A stretch of 45,779 bases of DNA from Candidatus Rifleibacteriota bacterium (GTDB taxonomy: Bacteria > Muiribacteriota > Ozemobacteria > Ozemobacterales > Ozemobacteraceae), in NCBI GenBank assembly GCA_051747585.1, contig JBNJGH010000017.1:1-45779 (forward strand), given 5' to 3'. A model generated the notes under the pieces. That model saw only the letters and a list, made by a program, of their open reading frames with translations, searched no databases and was not told the DNA's origin. This document shows, piece after piece, positions 1-10,350 of this stretch. The position numbers and the translations under genes were made by a program. The number at the start of each line of letters is the position of its first letter. Position 1 is the stretch's first letter.

Positions 1-55
1 CACGAGTGCTTTTCTGAAGGCTTGCTGAAGAAGGAAACAATGGCTGAAAAAGATT

Positions 56-112
56 CTCTGTGTTCTCTGTGCGCTCTGTGGTTATTTTCTTTGTGGCTTG
101 GAGGCTTGGTGT
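56..112. repeat. Short-period tandem repeats: 3x 9-mer CTCTGTGNN (56-82), then 3x 8-mer CTT(T/G)GNGN (89-112)
   Basis: ctctgtgtt-ctctgtgcg-ctctgtggt and ctttgtgg-cttggagg-cttggtgt read directly from the sequence. Confidence 0.8.
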
Positions 113-148
113 GAGGCGAATTCTTTTCTGAAAGGAGTTGATAGCGGC

Positions 149-164
149 TGACCGAGAATTGCTA
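149..164 (-). mobile_element. Terminus of a miniature inverted-repeat element that extends left off the window
   Basis: TGACCGAGAATTGCT (149-163) is the exact reverse complement of 45673-45687 and shares GAGAATTGCT with the right end of the element at 17736-17953. Confidence 0.55.
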
Positions 165-228
165 TGAAAAGCACTTGATTTTGTGGGTAATTTGGCTCTA
201 ACATTGTAGTCAGCAAAAGAATTTAAGG

Positions 229-579
229 ATGTTTTTCATGATCGATAATTTGAAAGCGGTTAAAATTGAAGTTTTTGTCCCACCTGAAGCCCTCCAGAAA
301 GTAAAAATGGCTATGCACGAAGCCGGAGCAGGGAAAATGGGAGATTATGATTGTGCAGCTGCAGAAATCAATGTAAAGGGATACTGGCGTCCGCTTGAGG
401 GCGCGAATCCTTATCTGGGCGAAAAAGACAGTATTTGCTGTGCAGACGAAATAAAAGTAGAGGCATATTGCAAAAAAGAATATGCAGCACAGGTATTAAA
501 AGCGATTAGAAAAGCCCATCCTTACGAAGAACCTGTTATTAATGCAATTCCAATAATAAATCATCTATTTGAAAGCTGA
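229..579 (+). CDS. Stand-alone NIF3/YqfO-type PII-like domain protein
   Basis: KIEVFVP, AGAGKMGDYD, GYWRPLEGANPYLG, AHPYEEP motifs; real start may be the ATG at 238. Confidence 0.85.
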   Translation: MFFMIDNLKAVKIEVFVPPEALQKVKMAMHEAGAGKMGDYDCAAAEINVKGYWRPLEGANPYLGEKDSICCADEIKVEAYCKKEYAAQVLKAIRKAHPYEEPVINAIPIINHLFES

Positions 580-859
580 GAGAAAAAAATCATTGGGTAG
601 ACGGAAAAAACACAAGTTTAATAAAGAATCCTCACTTGGCGAAATTGGTGATTTTATAGCTTCAGTCTGGGGCTTTATCTTCGATGGCTTAAAAATAATT
701 TTCAAACTGAAACCGGATGATGATCAGACCATGCATGATTTTGTATTTGAAAAGCTTGGCGCAATGGCTCTTTTGCTTACCTGTATTGCTATTTTAGGTG
801 GGGTAATAGTGGCCATATTATTTGAAGCCTCATCTGAATCTCATTACGGCTATTACTAA
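569..859 (+). CDS. Small hypothetical membrane protein
   Basis: Basic N-terminus and a C-terminal hydrophobic helix (LGAMALLLTCIAILGGVIVAILF); TTG start overlaps the upstream gene. Confidence 0.55.
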   Translation: MKAERKKSLGRRKKHKFNKESSLGEIGDFIASVWGFIFDGLKIIFKLKPDDDQTMHDFVFEKLGAMALLLTCIAILGGVIVAILFEASSESHYGYY

Positions 860-1716
860 AAATAAACATCAATTTTATTACCCGAAGACACCAGAGCTGA
901 ATCAGAAATAATTTCATATATTCTGCGAGCTTGTCTTACAACGAAGTTCTCTGGCTGTTGAGCGTTTCTTGCGGCATTTTCTTCGAGGGCATAGTCTTTA
1001 AAGTCAGCTTCAACAGGTTCGGCAATATTTTCTTTATTGACCGGAGCAAAGACATCAGGTGCATTCGCTCTGTTACTTAGAGGATTGGAGGGCAGGGGAG
1101 CGGCACTTTCAAGCAGGGTTTCACCTTCAGAATTATTCTGAACCGCACCTGCCTGATCAGGGTTTTCGTAACCGGTTGCTTGCAAAAAAGAACCATAATC
1201 GGGTTTGTAAGCTCTCATGGCTCGGTTATACTGAGCCTTTGGCATGGCTTTAACCGGTTCGAGGGGTTGGCTGTCGGCTTGAGGAATTTTTTCGGAAAGC
1301 TCAACCGAACGTAAACTGGGATTTATTTCAAATCCGGGCATGTTATCGATTGTCTGAGCTGTATTGTCTTTTTCCGGCAAGCTTTGAGTTTGGTTAGAAA
1401 AACCATTTTCGTGATTAAAAAGAGGCTCTTGTTGGCTGTTTGGAGGCACTTTTGCATCAAAAGCTGCAGCAGGAGATGGTCCGGCGTTCACTCCGGACTC
1501 GGGAGTTTCTACAGGTGATGCTGTTGGGCCGGCAAAAGTTTTACGACTTTCAAAGTCCGGTACAATTTGACTGTTACTTTTATTAATGTCAACGGGCGAC
1601 GCTTCAGGGGCAGAGAGAACCGGCAGGTCGTGAACCTGGCTTTTTAAGCTGGTCGCCACCTGATTATGAAAATCGATGTTGTAAGAATATTGAATTCCCT
1701 TTACTGAAATAGCCAT
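856..1716 (-). CDS. Hypothetical Pro/Ser/Asn/Gln-rich, probably disordered protein
   Basis: 286-aa ORF; ATG preceded by AGGT; low-complexity centre; C-terminal GNKIDVYF. Confidence 0.7.
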   Translation of the reverse strand: MAISVKGIQYSYNIDFHNQVATSLKSQVHDLPVLSAPEASPVDINKSNSQIVPDFESRKTFAGPTASPVETPESGVNAGPSPAAAFDAKVPPNSQQEPLFNHENGFSNQTQSLPEKDNTAQTIDNMPGFEINPSLRSVELSEKIPQADSQPLEPVKAMPKAQYNRAMRAYKPDYGSFLQATGYENPDQAGAVQNNSEGETLLESAAPLPSNPLSNRANAPDVFAPVNKENIAEPVEADFKDYALEENAARNAQQPENFVVRQARRIYEIISDSALVSSGNKIDVYF

Positions 1717-1789
1717 ACCTATTACAATAATATCCCGAATTGGTTAAATGTGCCAGTAGTTCTGTTTTTTTAGCTTTAACTGGCTATTT

Positions 1790-3886
1790 TTGAATTTTGA
1801 AAGGAATAAAGATTTGCAAAAATTCAACTATCCGGAAAGTCCGGTAAAAACGGTTAAAGAGAAAGTTCACGATTATGAAAATGTCGACCATTTTCGCTGG
1901 CTGGAAGGTGACAATGAGGGTAACCTGACTCCGGAGGTTGAAGAATGGACTGATAAGCAAAACAGCTTTACCAGGTCTGTTCTTGATAATTTACCAGGAA
2001 GAAATGAACTTGAACAAAGAATTAAGCCTTTATTGGAACTGGAAAAGTTTTTTCTGGTAACCATAAGTCGCAAATATATTTATTATGGCAGACAAAAAGG
2101 CAACCAGAATCAGCCTGTGTTTTATTATTGTCCAAAAGATGAATCTTTAGAGAATGAAAAGGTTCTTATTGATTCAAACAAGATCGACAATAGCGGCTTG
2201 ACCGCCATAGCCTGGCTTAGCCCTTCACATGACGGCAATCTGGTTGCTTTTGGAAGCTATAAAGGCGGCGATGAAAATTATTGCCTTAATATTATAGACA
2301 TAGAAAACAATAAAACTCTTGAGGACAAAATTTCGGGTAAAGTTGCTGGAGTCTTCTGGTTGCCGGACAACTCAGGCTTTATTTACTCCAGACTTGCAGA
2401 TGAAAAAAATCCTTATTCAAGGCAGATCTGTTTTCATAAGCTTGGGCAGCCTCAGGAAAAAGACGACATTATTTTTGAACAATACAAAGAAGGTCCTCTA
2501 GCAACTACTTACGGGCCTTTTGCTTCTCTTTCAGATGATGGTAAATGGCTTATTTTAGGCTATTTTACGAGCACCAGAGAAAATGATCTTTGGATTGCCG
2601 ATTTTTCCGCCTGGCAGAAGACGGGAAAACTTGAATTAAAAATAATTGCTCACGGCTTGTCTGCTGCATTTGACGCACAAATTAACGATGATCAGCTTTA
2701 TATTTTTACCAATTATAAAGCCCCAAATGGGCGTATTATAACTGCTGATCTTCAAAATCCGGCAATTTCAAATGGCAAAGATATTGTTAAAGAAAATCCT
2801 CAAGCTGTTATCGAAGACTGGAGTTTCTCAAAGAATTCATTGCTGGTTAACTATCAAAAGAATGCCTGTAGTTTGATAAAAAAGTTCGATAAAAAAGGCA
2901 ATTATTTAAAAGATATTGAACTGCCAGGCATTGGTACAGCTACGATTTTAACAAATAAAAACGATTCTGTTTATTTTATAACTTACACTTCGTTTAACCA
3001 ACCCGACAAAATTTACTCTGCCAAAGATACAAATGACGCCAAATTAAGCTTTTATGAAATACCAATTCCATACGATTTAAGCCAAATAGTTACCGAGCAG
3101 AAATGGTTTACTTCAGAAGATGGAACGAAGGTAAGCATGTTTCTGGTGCACAAAAAGGATCTTGAACTTAATAGTAATAATCCTACTCTTATTTTCGGCT
3201 ATGGTGGCTTTGCAATTAACATGACCCCTTCTTTTAAACCGCTCTTGTGTCCCTGGCTCGAAGATGGAGGAGTATATGTGCTGGTTAACCTGCGAGGCGG
3301 GAATGAATATGGAGACAGCTGGCACCGTCAGGGAATGCTGGAAAATAAAACAAAGGTGTTTGAAGATCTGGAAGCTTGTGCAGAAAACTTAATCAGCAGT
3401 AAAATTACCAGCAAAGATAAGCTTGCGGTTTGGGGGCGATCTAACGGAGGCCTTCTTGCAGGGGCAGCACTTACCAGAAGACCAGACTTATTCAAGGTAG
3501 TAGTTTGCGGCGTGCCACTGCTGGATATGATCAGATACCATAAGTTTTTGATGGCAAGGTTCTGGATTCCTGAATACGGCACCGCTGAAGATAAAGATCA
3601 ATTCAAAACCCTTATAGAATATTCCCCTTACCAGAATATAAAAGAAGGCCAGGAAACCCCTGCGACCTTTATTTATTCGGGCGAAAACGACACCAGGGTA
3701 CACCCACTGCATGCGCGAAAAATGACCGCGGCATTACAAACTTTTTCCGGTTTTTCCGAAACCCGGCCGATTTTATTGTGGGTAGATCGAGATTCGGGTC
3801 ATGGGCAAGGCAAGCCGCATAATATAGCCTTGCTTGAAGAAACCGATAAATGGTTATTTATCAGATGGCAAATGGGAATGCTATAA
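1790..3886 (+). CDS. Prolyl oligopeptidase family (S9A) serine peptidase
   Basis: DHFRWLE, GYGGF, NLRGGNEYG, nucleophile GRSNGG, DTRV, SGHG; the in-frame TTG at 1814 after AAGGA is a likelier start. Confidence 0.95.
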   Translation: MNFERNKDLQKFNYPESPVKTVKEKVHDYENVDHFRWLEGDNEGNLTPEVEEWTDKQNSFTRSVLDNLPGRNELEQRIKPLLELEKFFLVTISRKYIYYGRQKGNQNQPVFYYCPKDESLENEKVLIDSNKIDNSGLTAIAWLSPSHDGNLVAFGSYKGGDENYCLNIIDIENNKTLEDKISGKVAGVFWLPDNSGFIYSRLADEKNPYSRQICFHKLGQPQEKDDIIFEQYKEGPLATTYGPFASLSDDGKWLILGYFTSTRENDLWIADFSAWQKTGKLELKIIAHGLSAAFDAQINDDQLYIFTNYKAPNGRIITADLQNPAISNGKDIVKENPQAVIEDWSFSKNSLLVNYQKNACSLIKKFDKKGNYLKDIELPGIGTATILTNKNDSVYFITYTSFNQPDKIYSAKDTNDAKLSFYEIPIPYDLSQIVTEQKWFTSEDGTKVSMFLVHKKDLELNSNNPTLIFGYGGFAINMTPSFKPLLCPWLEDGGVYVLVNLRGGNEYGDSWHRQGMLENKTKVFEDLEACAENLISSKITSKDKLAVWGRSNGGLLAGAALTRRPDLFKVVVCGVPLLDMIRYHKFLMARFWIPEYGTAEDKDQFKTLIEYSPYQNIKEGQETPATFIYSGENDTRVHPLHARKMTAALQTFSGFSETRPILLWVDRDSGHGQGKPHNIALLEETDKWLFIRWQMGML

Positions 3887-3887
3887 G

Positions 3888-4472
3888 ATGAATCTTGCAT
3901 TATTTGATTTTGACGGCACAATTACCAATGGTGACAGTTATTTTCATTTTATAAAATTTTGTTTCAGCAAGAGTAGTCTTTTGCTGAACGGTCTGGTTTG
4001 CACCCCCTGGCTGATTGGCTACAAACTGGGGTTAGTTCCCAATTATCGAGCAAAAGAAAGAATTACAACTCAGTTTTTTAAAGGCATGACCAAAGATCGA
4101 TTTGATTCTCTTGCAGAAGAATTTGTCGAACAAAGACTGAACAGCATTTTAAAGGCAGAGGCCATGAAAACAATTTTCTGGCACTATCATAACGGTGATC
4201 GCATAATTGTTGTTTCTGCCTCATTTGAAGATTATTTAAAATTCTGGTGCCAGCAACATGAACTTGAAGTAATTGCAACCAGACTTGAATGGGAAGACAA
4301 TAAAATTACCGGCAGCTTTGACACGCCCAACTGTTATGGCCCTGAAAAGGTCAACCGCCTGAAGCGGGTAGTAAACTTTTCAGATTATGATCAAATTTAC
4401 GCTTATGGCGACAGCAGGGGAGACAAAGAAATGCTTGAAATTGCAAACAAGAAATTTTATAAACATTTTTAA
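3888..4472 (+). CDS. HAD-IB family hydrolase (phosphoserine-phosphatase-like)
   Basis: FDFDGT motif I, VSAS motif II, K, YAYGDSRGD motif IV; ATG at 3888 lies just after the upstream stop. Confidence 0.9.
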   Translation: MNLALFDFDGTITNGDSYFHFIKFCFSKSSLLLNGLVCTPWLIGYKLGLVPNYRAKERITTQFFKGMTKDRFDSLAEEFVEQRLNSILKAEAMKTIFWHYHNGDRIIVVSASFEDYLKFWCQQHELEVIATRLEWEDNKITGSFDTPNCYGPEKVNRLKRVVNFSDYDQIYAYGDSRGDKEMLEIANKKFYKHF

Positions 4473-4483
4473 GTTTTAACTAA

Positions 4484-4512
4484 TTACATTAAAAGCGTAT
4501 TTATGATAGAAT
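4484..4512 (+). promoter_or_regulatory. Putative sigma70 promoter of the ABC transporter operon
   Basis: TTACAT-17 bp-TAGAAT with TG extension; GGAAGGAG Shine-Dalgarno before the TTG at 4550. Confidence 0.5.
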
Positions 4513-4549
4513 CACCCAAATAAAAACAAGTCAGGGAAGGAGCTTTAAA

Positions 4550-6583
4550 TTGAAAAGCAAAAGTTATTTTAATGCCGTATTGCTTGTTTTTTGTCTTTTG
4601 ATAACTTCGGTTACTCTTAAGGCAGAAGACAAGCTATTGCGTCGGAACACCGAAGCATTGAGTCAAAACACCGAAGCATTAAATGCCAACACAGCTGAAG
4701 TTCGAAAATTGATCAAGATGCTGTCAGAAAAAGGTATAAGGCCTGGAATTGGCTCGAAAGAGCCTTCGGTAAAAATCCCCGATGAAGAATTAAACGCTGA
4801 AGTTGATGATAATGTCAAAATGATGTTAAAAAACCTTAAATGGAAAACCAACAGCGAATATAAAGGTTGGGGAAGCGATAAGGCAGAAAAAGGCGGAACT
4901 CTAAAGTATGTTCAAACATCTTTCCCTGCAACTTTAAGAACCTGTGGTAAAAACGCCAACTCAACTTTTATAAGCATGCTTTCAAGCCTGTGCTACGAAC
5001 CCTTGTTGGAACTTGACCCAATCACATATGATTATGTTCCTAATCTAGCCAAAAGATGGGCAATAGCCGACAACAAAAAAACTTTCTTTTTTGAAATAGA
5101 TGAAAAAGCAAAATGGTCAGATGGTAAGCCTGTTGTAGCAAATGATGTAGTTGAAACCTGGAAACTTTATACAGACCCGGGAATCGAAGATCCTTTCTCA
5201 AATGACTATTATAAAAAATACGAAAAACCCGTGGCCGTAACAGAACGCATCGTTATGATCAAATCAAAAAGCCTGAACTGGCGTGCTTTCATGTCTGCAG
5301 GTTTTATGACTATTCTTCCCGGCCACATTTTAAAAAAGATCGACGGAAAAGGTTACCTCGAAAAATACCAGTTTGATTTTATGCCCGGCTCCGGTCCTTA
5401 TACTTACGAAAGCTCGCGAGTCAACGAAGAAATTATTCTGAGCCGCAGAAACAGCTGGTGGCAAAAAGATTACGAAAGAAACAGCGGCTATAATAATTTT
5501 GACAAATTGCATTTCATATTTATTTCTGATGATAACCTGGTTAAAGAAAAATTCAAAAAAGGTGAACTTGACTGGATTTATGTTGGAGTAGCCCGTGAAT
5601 GGCACCAGGAATTCACCGCGGCAATGCTTCCGCAAATAGCCAAAGGCTGGATTCAGAAACGAAAAGTTTATACTCACAGACCTAACGGAGTTTCAGGCAT
5701 TGCTTTTAACATAAGAAAACCACCCTTTAACGATATACGGGTAAGAAAAGCAATCGCCCATCTTTATAATCGTGAAAAAATGATGGATAAATTGTTCTTC
5801 AATGAATATGAATACACAGATTCATTTTATCCTAATTCCCCTTATGAAAATCCCAACAACCCCAAAGTTAGATTCGATCCGGATAAGGCAGTTGAGCTTC
5901 TCGAAGAAGCCGGCTGGTTGCAGAGAAACCGCAACTCAGACGGTTGGCTGACTAAAGATGGTAAAATCTTTAAGCTTAATCTGAACTATGTCCAAAAAAG
6001 TTCAGAAAGAATTATGACTATTTTTCAGGAAGACCTCAAAGATGTTGGTATAAAACTCAATCTTAAACAGGTTACCTGGGCAACAGATATTAAAGAAGTT
6101 GGTGAAAGAAATTTCACTATGAGTTCTCGAGCCTATAGCGGACTTATTTTTCCTAACCCCGAAAGCTCGATGCATTCAAAATTTGCCGACCAGAAAAATA
6201 ACAACAATATCTGGGGCTTACGAAACGAAAGAATTGATGAAATTTGTGAAAAATACCCGCGAATGTTTGATCCTGAAGAAAGAATAAAAGCCATTAGAGA
6301 AATTGACGGCATTGTAAGTCAACTTCATCTTTACGCCTTTGGCTGGTATTCAGCTCATACCCGACTTCTTTTCTGGAACAAATTCGGTATGCCGCCATAT
6401 ATTTTATCTAAAACCGGCGATCACAGGTCTCTTGTCAATCTCTGGTGGTTCGATAAAGAAAAAGCCGAAAAGCTTAGTGAAGCAATGGAAAACAATACTG
6501 AACTACCAGTTGGCAAAACAATTGTTAGATGGTGGGACAAACACTATCCCAGAGCAGCACAAAAAGCGGAGGAAGGGAAATAA
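4550..6583 (+). CDS. yejA: Peptide ABC transporter substrate-binding protein (family 5, YejA-like)
   Basis: Signal peptide; KGGTL, YEPLL, AKWSDGKPV, GSGPY, FNIRKPPFNDIRVRKAI motifs. Confidence 0.85.
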   Translation: MKSKSYFNAVLLVFCLLITSVTLKAEDKLLRRNTEALSQNTEALNANTAEVRKLIKMLSEKGIRPGIGSKEPSVKIPDEELNAEVDDNVKMMLKNLKWKTNSEYKGWGSDKAEKGGTLKYVQTSFPATLRTCGKNANSTFISMLSSLCYEPLLELDPITYDYVPNLAKRWAIADNKKTFFFEIDEKAKWSDGKPVVANDVVETWKLYTDPGIEDPFSNDYYKKYEKPVAVTERIVMIKSKSLNWRAFMSAGFMTILPGHILKKIDGKGYLEKYQFDFMPGSGPYTYESSRVNEEIILSRRNSWWQKDYERNSGYNNFDKLHFIFISDDNLVKEKFKKGELDWIYVGVAREWHQEFTAAMLPQIAKGWIQKRKVYTHRPNGVSGIAFNIRKPPFNDIRVRKAIAHLYNREKMMDKLFFNEYEYTDSFYPNSPYENPNNPKVRFDPDKAVELLEEAGWLQRNRNSDGWLTKDGKIFKLNLNYVQKSSERIMTIFQEDLKDVGIKLNLKQVTWATDIKEVGERNFTMSSRAYSGLIFPNPESSMHSKFADQKNNNNIWGLRNERIDEICEKYPRMFDPEERIKAIREIDGIVSQLHLYAFGWYSAHTRLLFWNKFGMPPYILSKTGDHRSLVNLWWFDKEKAEKLSEAMENNTELPVGKTIVRWWDKHYPRAAQKAEEGK

Positions 6584-7800
6584 TGTATAGCTATTTTATA
6601 CGTAGATTTCTGCTTATAATTCCAACTTTTATAGGCATAACTTTTCTTTGTTTTACGGTTACAAGATTTGTGCCGGGCGGCCCGGTCGAGCAGGCAGTTC
6701 TTCGTTATCAACAGGCTTCTGCACAATTGGGTGAAGCCGGGGCCGGCAGCTCTTCAGATGGCGGCGAACAAGGGCAAATATCAGAAGAAATGATGCAACG
6801 CCTTAAAGAGATTTATGGTTTTGACAAACCTTTCTATGTTGCCTATGTAAATTGGCTTTGGCGAGTCGTTCACTTCGATCTGGGCGAGTCAGATACTTAT
6901 TCCAAACCTGTATGGGAGTTGATTAAAGAAAAGTTTCCGATATCAATATGGTTTGGTTTAACCGGCTTTTTGCTTTCTTATGGGATCTGTATTCCATTGG
7001 GAGTATGGAAGGCCGTTAAGCACGGCTCTATTTTTGATACCGCGAGTTCGGTTCTGGTTTTTATTGCTTATTCAATTCCTGGCTGGACTGCAGGTGTCAT
7101 ACTTCTTATGTTATTTGGCGGCGGATCATACTGGAATGTATTTCCCCTTGGCGGAATACACAGCTCAACGGTAACCCAGGAATCTTATCTTGCTGATTAT
7201 CTGCTTGAAGGCAGCACTGCGCAACATCTTCCTCCTGAAGTTCGCGAAAAATATCCGGACTTACATGACGAAGACATTATTAATGAACGACATCCGGCTT
7301 ATAAGCATATTCCTGAAGACAAAACACAACAACTCAGCAAGGGCTCTTATAAAGACTTAAGCGCATTTGGCCAATTTATAGATAAAGCGAGGCACATGGC
7401 TTTGCCTGTTTTCTGCTACGTTCTTGGTATGTTTGCTTCGATGACGGTTTTAATGAAAAACTCATTAATGGAAAACCTCGGGCAGGATTATGTAAGAACA
7501 GCCTTTGCCAAAGGTCTTTCAGAAAAGGTTGTTATTTTCAAGCACGCATTGAGAAATTCATTGATACCAATTGCAACCGGACTTGGGCACATGCTTTCAA
7601 TTATTCTTTCAGGTTCTTATCTGATCGAGAAGGTATTCAATATTAAAGGCTTTGGTTTGTTGGGCTATGAATCGCTTATAGCCAGAGATTACCCGGTAAC
7701 TTTGGGTATTCTGGTTATTGGCTCTCTTTTGAAGCTTTTTGGTAACATTTTTGCAGATATTCTTTATTGCGTAATTGACCCAAGGATTAGATTCTCATGA
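6583..7800 (+). CDS. yejB: Peptide ABC transporter permease (YejB-like)
   Basis: YFIRRFLLIIPT, PGGPVE, FDLGES, EAA loop DYVRTAFAKGL; TAATG coupling at 6581-6585. Confidence 0.88.
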   Translation: MYSYFIRRFLLIIPTFIGITFLCFTVTRFVPGGPVEQAVLRYQQASAQLGEAGAGSSSDGGEQGQISEEMMQRLKEIYGFDKPFYVAYVNWLWRVVHFDLGESDTYSKPVWELIKEKFPISIWFGLTGFLLSYGICIPLGVWKAVKHGSIFDTASSVLVFIAYSIPGWTAGVILLMLFGGGSYWNVFPLGGIHSSTVTQESYLADYLLEGSTAQHLPPEVREKYPDLHDEDIINERHPAYKHIPEDKTQQLSKGSYKDLSAFGQFIDKARHMALPVFCYVLGMFASMTVLMKNSLMENLGQDYVRTAFAKGLSEKVVIFKHALRNSLIPIATGLGHMLSIILSGSYLIEKVFNIKGFGLLGYESLIARDYPVTLGILVIGSLLKLFGNIFADILYCVIDPRIRFS

Positions 7801-9317
7801 TTAACATAAAAACATTAATAAAACCTTTAAAACAGTTAATAGGCTTTGTTCTTTTCTTTGCCTTCTTTTCCTGGATCATGCCCGATTTTGGAGCTCAAAC
7901 CAGAGCAGCATCAGAAACCGGTTCTTATAAAGACGTATTGGTTTTTCTTCTTGCTCTTGGCTCAATGTTCTTCATTTATCCAATCATACTTTCAGGGCTC
8001 GATTCATTCAGAATGTTTTTTACCAGTCCAATATTCAAAAAACGCTGGAGCAAATTCAAAACCCTGAAACGCGGCTATTATGCTTTCATTTTCATAATTA
8101 TCGTTTTTGGCCTTTCATTTTTCAGTGAATTTCTCATAAACAGCAAAGCGATAATGGTAAAATACCAGGGCGAAATTCACTTTACCCTTTTCAGCTTCAA
8201 AAGCGCTAAGTCTTTTGGTCTCAAAGGCTATGGCATACCTAATTACCGCCGAATGAAGCAAATCTACGAAGTACGAAACCGTGAAAGAAAAGAAAGAATA
8301 GAAAACGGAACCGCAACAGAAGAAGACCTTAAATATAAAGAATGGGGAGATAACTGGGTTTTATTGCCTCTCTACCCTTATGGTCCTCTTGAAACTTTAC
8401 TCGATGAACTGCCGGGCCGACCGCCACATCCGCCTACATGGGCAGAAACAAGATGGCGCAAGGCAATGTTCGATGCTCGACTCTACCAGTTTCCTGAAGA
8501 GAAGCCCAGCAAACAGGAAATATCGGAAAAATATGGTCACCCCGAATGGAAAGACCTCGATCAGGTAAAACTTTACCATAGACTGGCTTTAGCCGGACTA
8601 TTACCTCTCAAAGAAGGGGTGAAAATGCCGGGCTTTTTTGAGCACCTGCTAGGAACTGACGATCGCGGCAGAGATGTTTTTGCCCGTATGGTTTACGGCT
8701 TTAGAACTTCAGTTTCATTTGCATTGGTGGTAACCTTGTTCTGTTACATGATTGGTATAACCATAGGCGCTCTACTTGGTTATTTTGGCGGAAAATTCGA
8801 TATAATCATGCAGAGGTTTGTCGAAATATGGTCGGCAATGCCTTTCCTTTACACCGTTATGATATTTGCGGCAATAATGATTCCAAACTTCTGGATGTTG
8901 GTTATCATACTGGTTATGTTTAAATGGATGGGTATGACCTATTTTATTCGCGGTGAATTCCTCAGAGAAAAATCAAAAGACTATGTTGCAGCAGCCCGAG
9001 CTATTGGTTGCAAAGATGGTGCAATTATATTCAAACATATATTGCCAAATGCCTTAACTCCGGTTATCTCTTTTGCTCCGTTCGCAGTTGTTGCCAATAT
9101 TGGCGCTCTTGTTTCTCTCGACTTCCTGGGTTTCGGTCTTCCTGCACCGACTCCATCCTGGGGTGAGCTTCTTGGACAAGGGCTGGCGAACCTTAATAAA
9201 GAATGGTTGATTCTATCGCCGATTCTGGCCATGTTTGTCACTCTCCTGCTTGTTTCATTCATAGGCGAAGCCATACGCGAAGCTTTTGACCCGAAACAGT
9301 ATTCGAGATTAAGGTAA
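7797..9317 (+). CDS. yejE: Peptide ABC transporter permease (YejE-like) with N-terminal membrane extension
   Basis: RWSKFKTLKRGY, LGTDDRGRDVFARMVYGFR, DYVAAARAIG, SWGELL; ATGA overlap with the upstream gene. Confidence 0.88.
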   Translation: MINIKTLIKPLKQLIGFVLFFAFFSWIMPDFGAQTRAASETGSYKDVLVFLLALGSMFFIYPIILSGLDSFRMFFTSPIFKKRWSKFKTLKRGYYAFIFIIIVFGLSFFSEFLINSKAIMVKYQGEIHFTLFSFKSAKSFGLKGYGIPNYRRMKQIYEVRNRERKERIENGTATEEDLKYKEWGDNWVLLPLYPYGPLETLLDELPGRPPHPPTWAETRWRKAMFDARLYQFPEEKPSKQEISEKYGHPEWKDLDQVKLYHRLALAGLLPLKEGVKMPGFFEHLLGTDDRGRDVFARMVYGFRTSVSFALVVTLFCYMIGITIGALLGYFGGKFDIIMQRFVEIWSAMPFLYTVMIFAAIMIPNFWMLVIILVMFKWMGMTYFIRGEFLREKSKDYVAAARAIGCKDGAIIFKHILPNALTPVISFAPFAVVANIGALVSLDFLGFGLPAPTPSWGELLGQGLANLNKEWLILSPILAMFVTLLLVSFIGEAIREAFDPKQYSRLR

Positions 9318-9327
9318 GGAGAGAAAA

Positions 9328-10332
9328 ATGGCAAAAGAACTATTACAAGTAAAAAATCTAAAAACCTATTTCAGAACCGAAGCGGGTGAGGCCAAAGCTG
9401 TTGATGGGGTCGATTTCGATATATTCGAAGGAGAAGTTCTTGGAATTGTTGGAGAATCAGGCTCAGGCAAGTCTGTTACCGCGCTGTCCATCATGCAACT
9501 TATACCTAATCCTCCCGGTGACATAGTAGATGGAGAAATAATCTTCGAAGGCACTGACCTTCTAGATGCTTATAAGAAAAAGAATTATGAGGCTATTAGA
9601 AGAATCAGAGGCAATAGAATCTCGATGATTTTTCAAGAACCAATGACCAGCTTGAACCCGGTTTTCACTATCGGAGACCAGGTCTCTGAGGCATTGATTC
9701 TCCACCAGTTCATGAGCAAACAGAAAGCGCTCGACAGATCTGCAGAAATGCTCGATCTGGTTGGGATTCCTTCTCCCCGACAAAGACTTTCCGAATACCC
9801 TCATCAGTTTTCTGGTGGAATGCGCCAGAGAGTCATGATTGCAATGGCCCTGGCCTGCAACCCATCGCTGCTGATTGCCGATGAGCCTACAACAGCACTT
9901 GATGTCACTATTCAAGCGCAGATACTCGAGCTCATGCTCGAAGTAAAAGGAAAGACACAAAACGCCGCCATTTTACTTATTACCCACGACATGGCGGTAG
10001 TAGCTGAAACCTGCCAACGAGTTCTGGTAATGTATTGCGGTAAAATTCAGGAAATCGCCGATGTTAAAACCATATTTGATTCTCCTGAACATCCTTATAC
10101 TCAGGGTCTTCTGTCATCATTGCCCAAACCCGGCCAAAAAGTAGAAAGACTGGCAACCATTGAAGGTATGGTGCCATCATTGTTCAATCTGCCAAAAGGT
10201 TGCAGTTTTTGCACCAGGTGTCCCAAAAAACTGGAAAAGTGTGCAACAGTGCCTCCGGAAATGGTAGAAGTGTCTCCGGGTCATTTTGTTCGCTGCCATC
10301 TGGCCAAACCAATGAAACAGAAGAAAAGCTGA
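9328..10332 (+). CDS. oppD: Oligopeptide ABC transporter ATP-binding protein
   Basis: Walker [28 protein letters not shown]-terminal Cys-rich oligo_HPY domain. Confidence 0.92.
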   Translation: MAKELLQVKNLKTYFRTEAGEAKAVDGVDFDIFEGEVLGIVGESGSGKSVTALSIMQLIPNPPGDIVDGEIIFEGTDLLDAYKKKNYEAIRRIRGNRISMIFQEPMTSLNPVFTIGDQVSEALILHQFMSKQKALDRSAEMLDLVGIPSPRQRLSEYPHQFSGGMRQRVMIAMALACNPSLLIADEPTTALDVTIQAQILELMLEVKGKTQNAAILLITHDMAVVAETCQRVLVMYCGKIQEIADVKTIFDSPEHPYTQGLLSSLPKPGQKVERLATIEGMVPSLFNLPKGCSFCTRCPKKLEKCATVPPEMVEVSPGHFVRCHLAKPMKQKKS

Positions 10333-10350
10333 TAGAAGGAGAAAAAAATA

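Noticed and set aside
40..114. 24-codon ORF MAEKDSLCSLCALWLFSLWLGGLV with an AAGGA upstream
   Set aside because: It is largely the translation of the 9-/8-mer repeats; there is no independent coding evidence.
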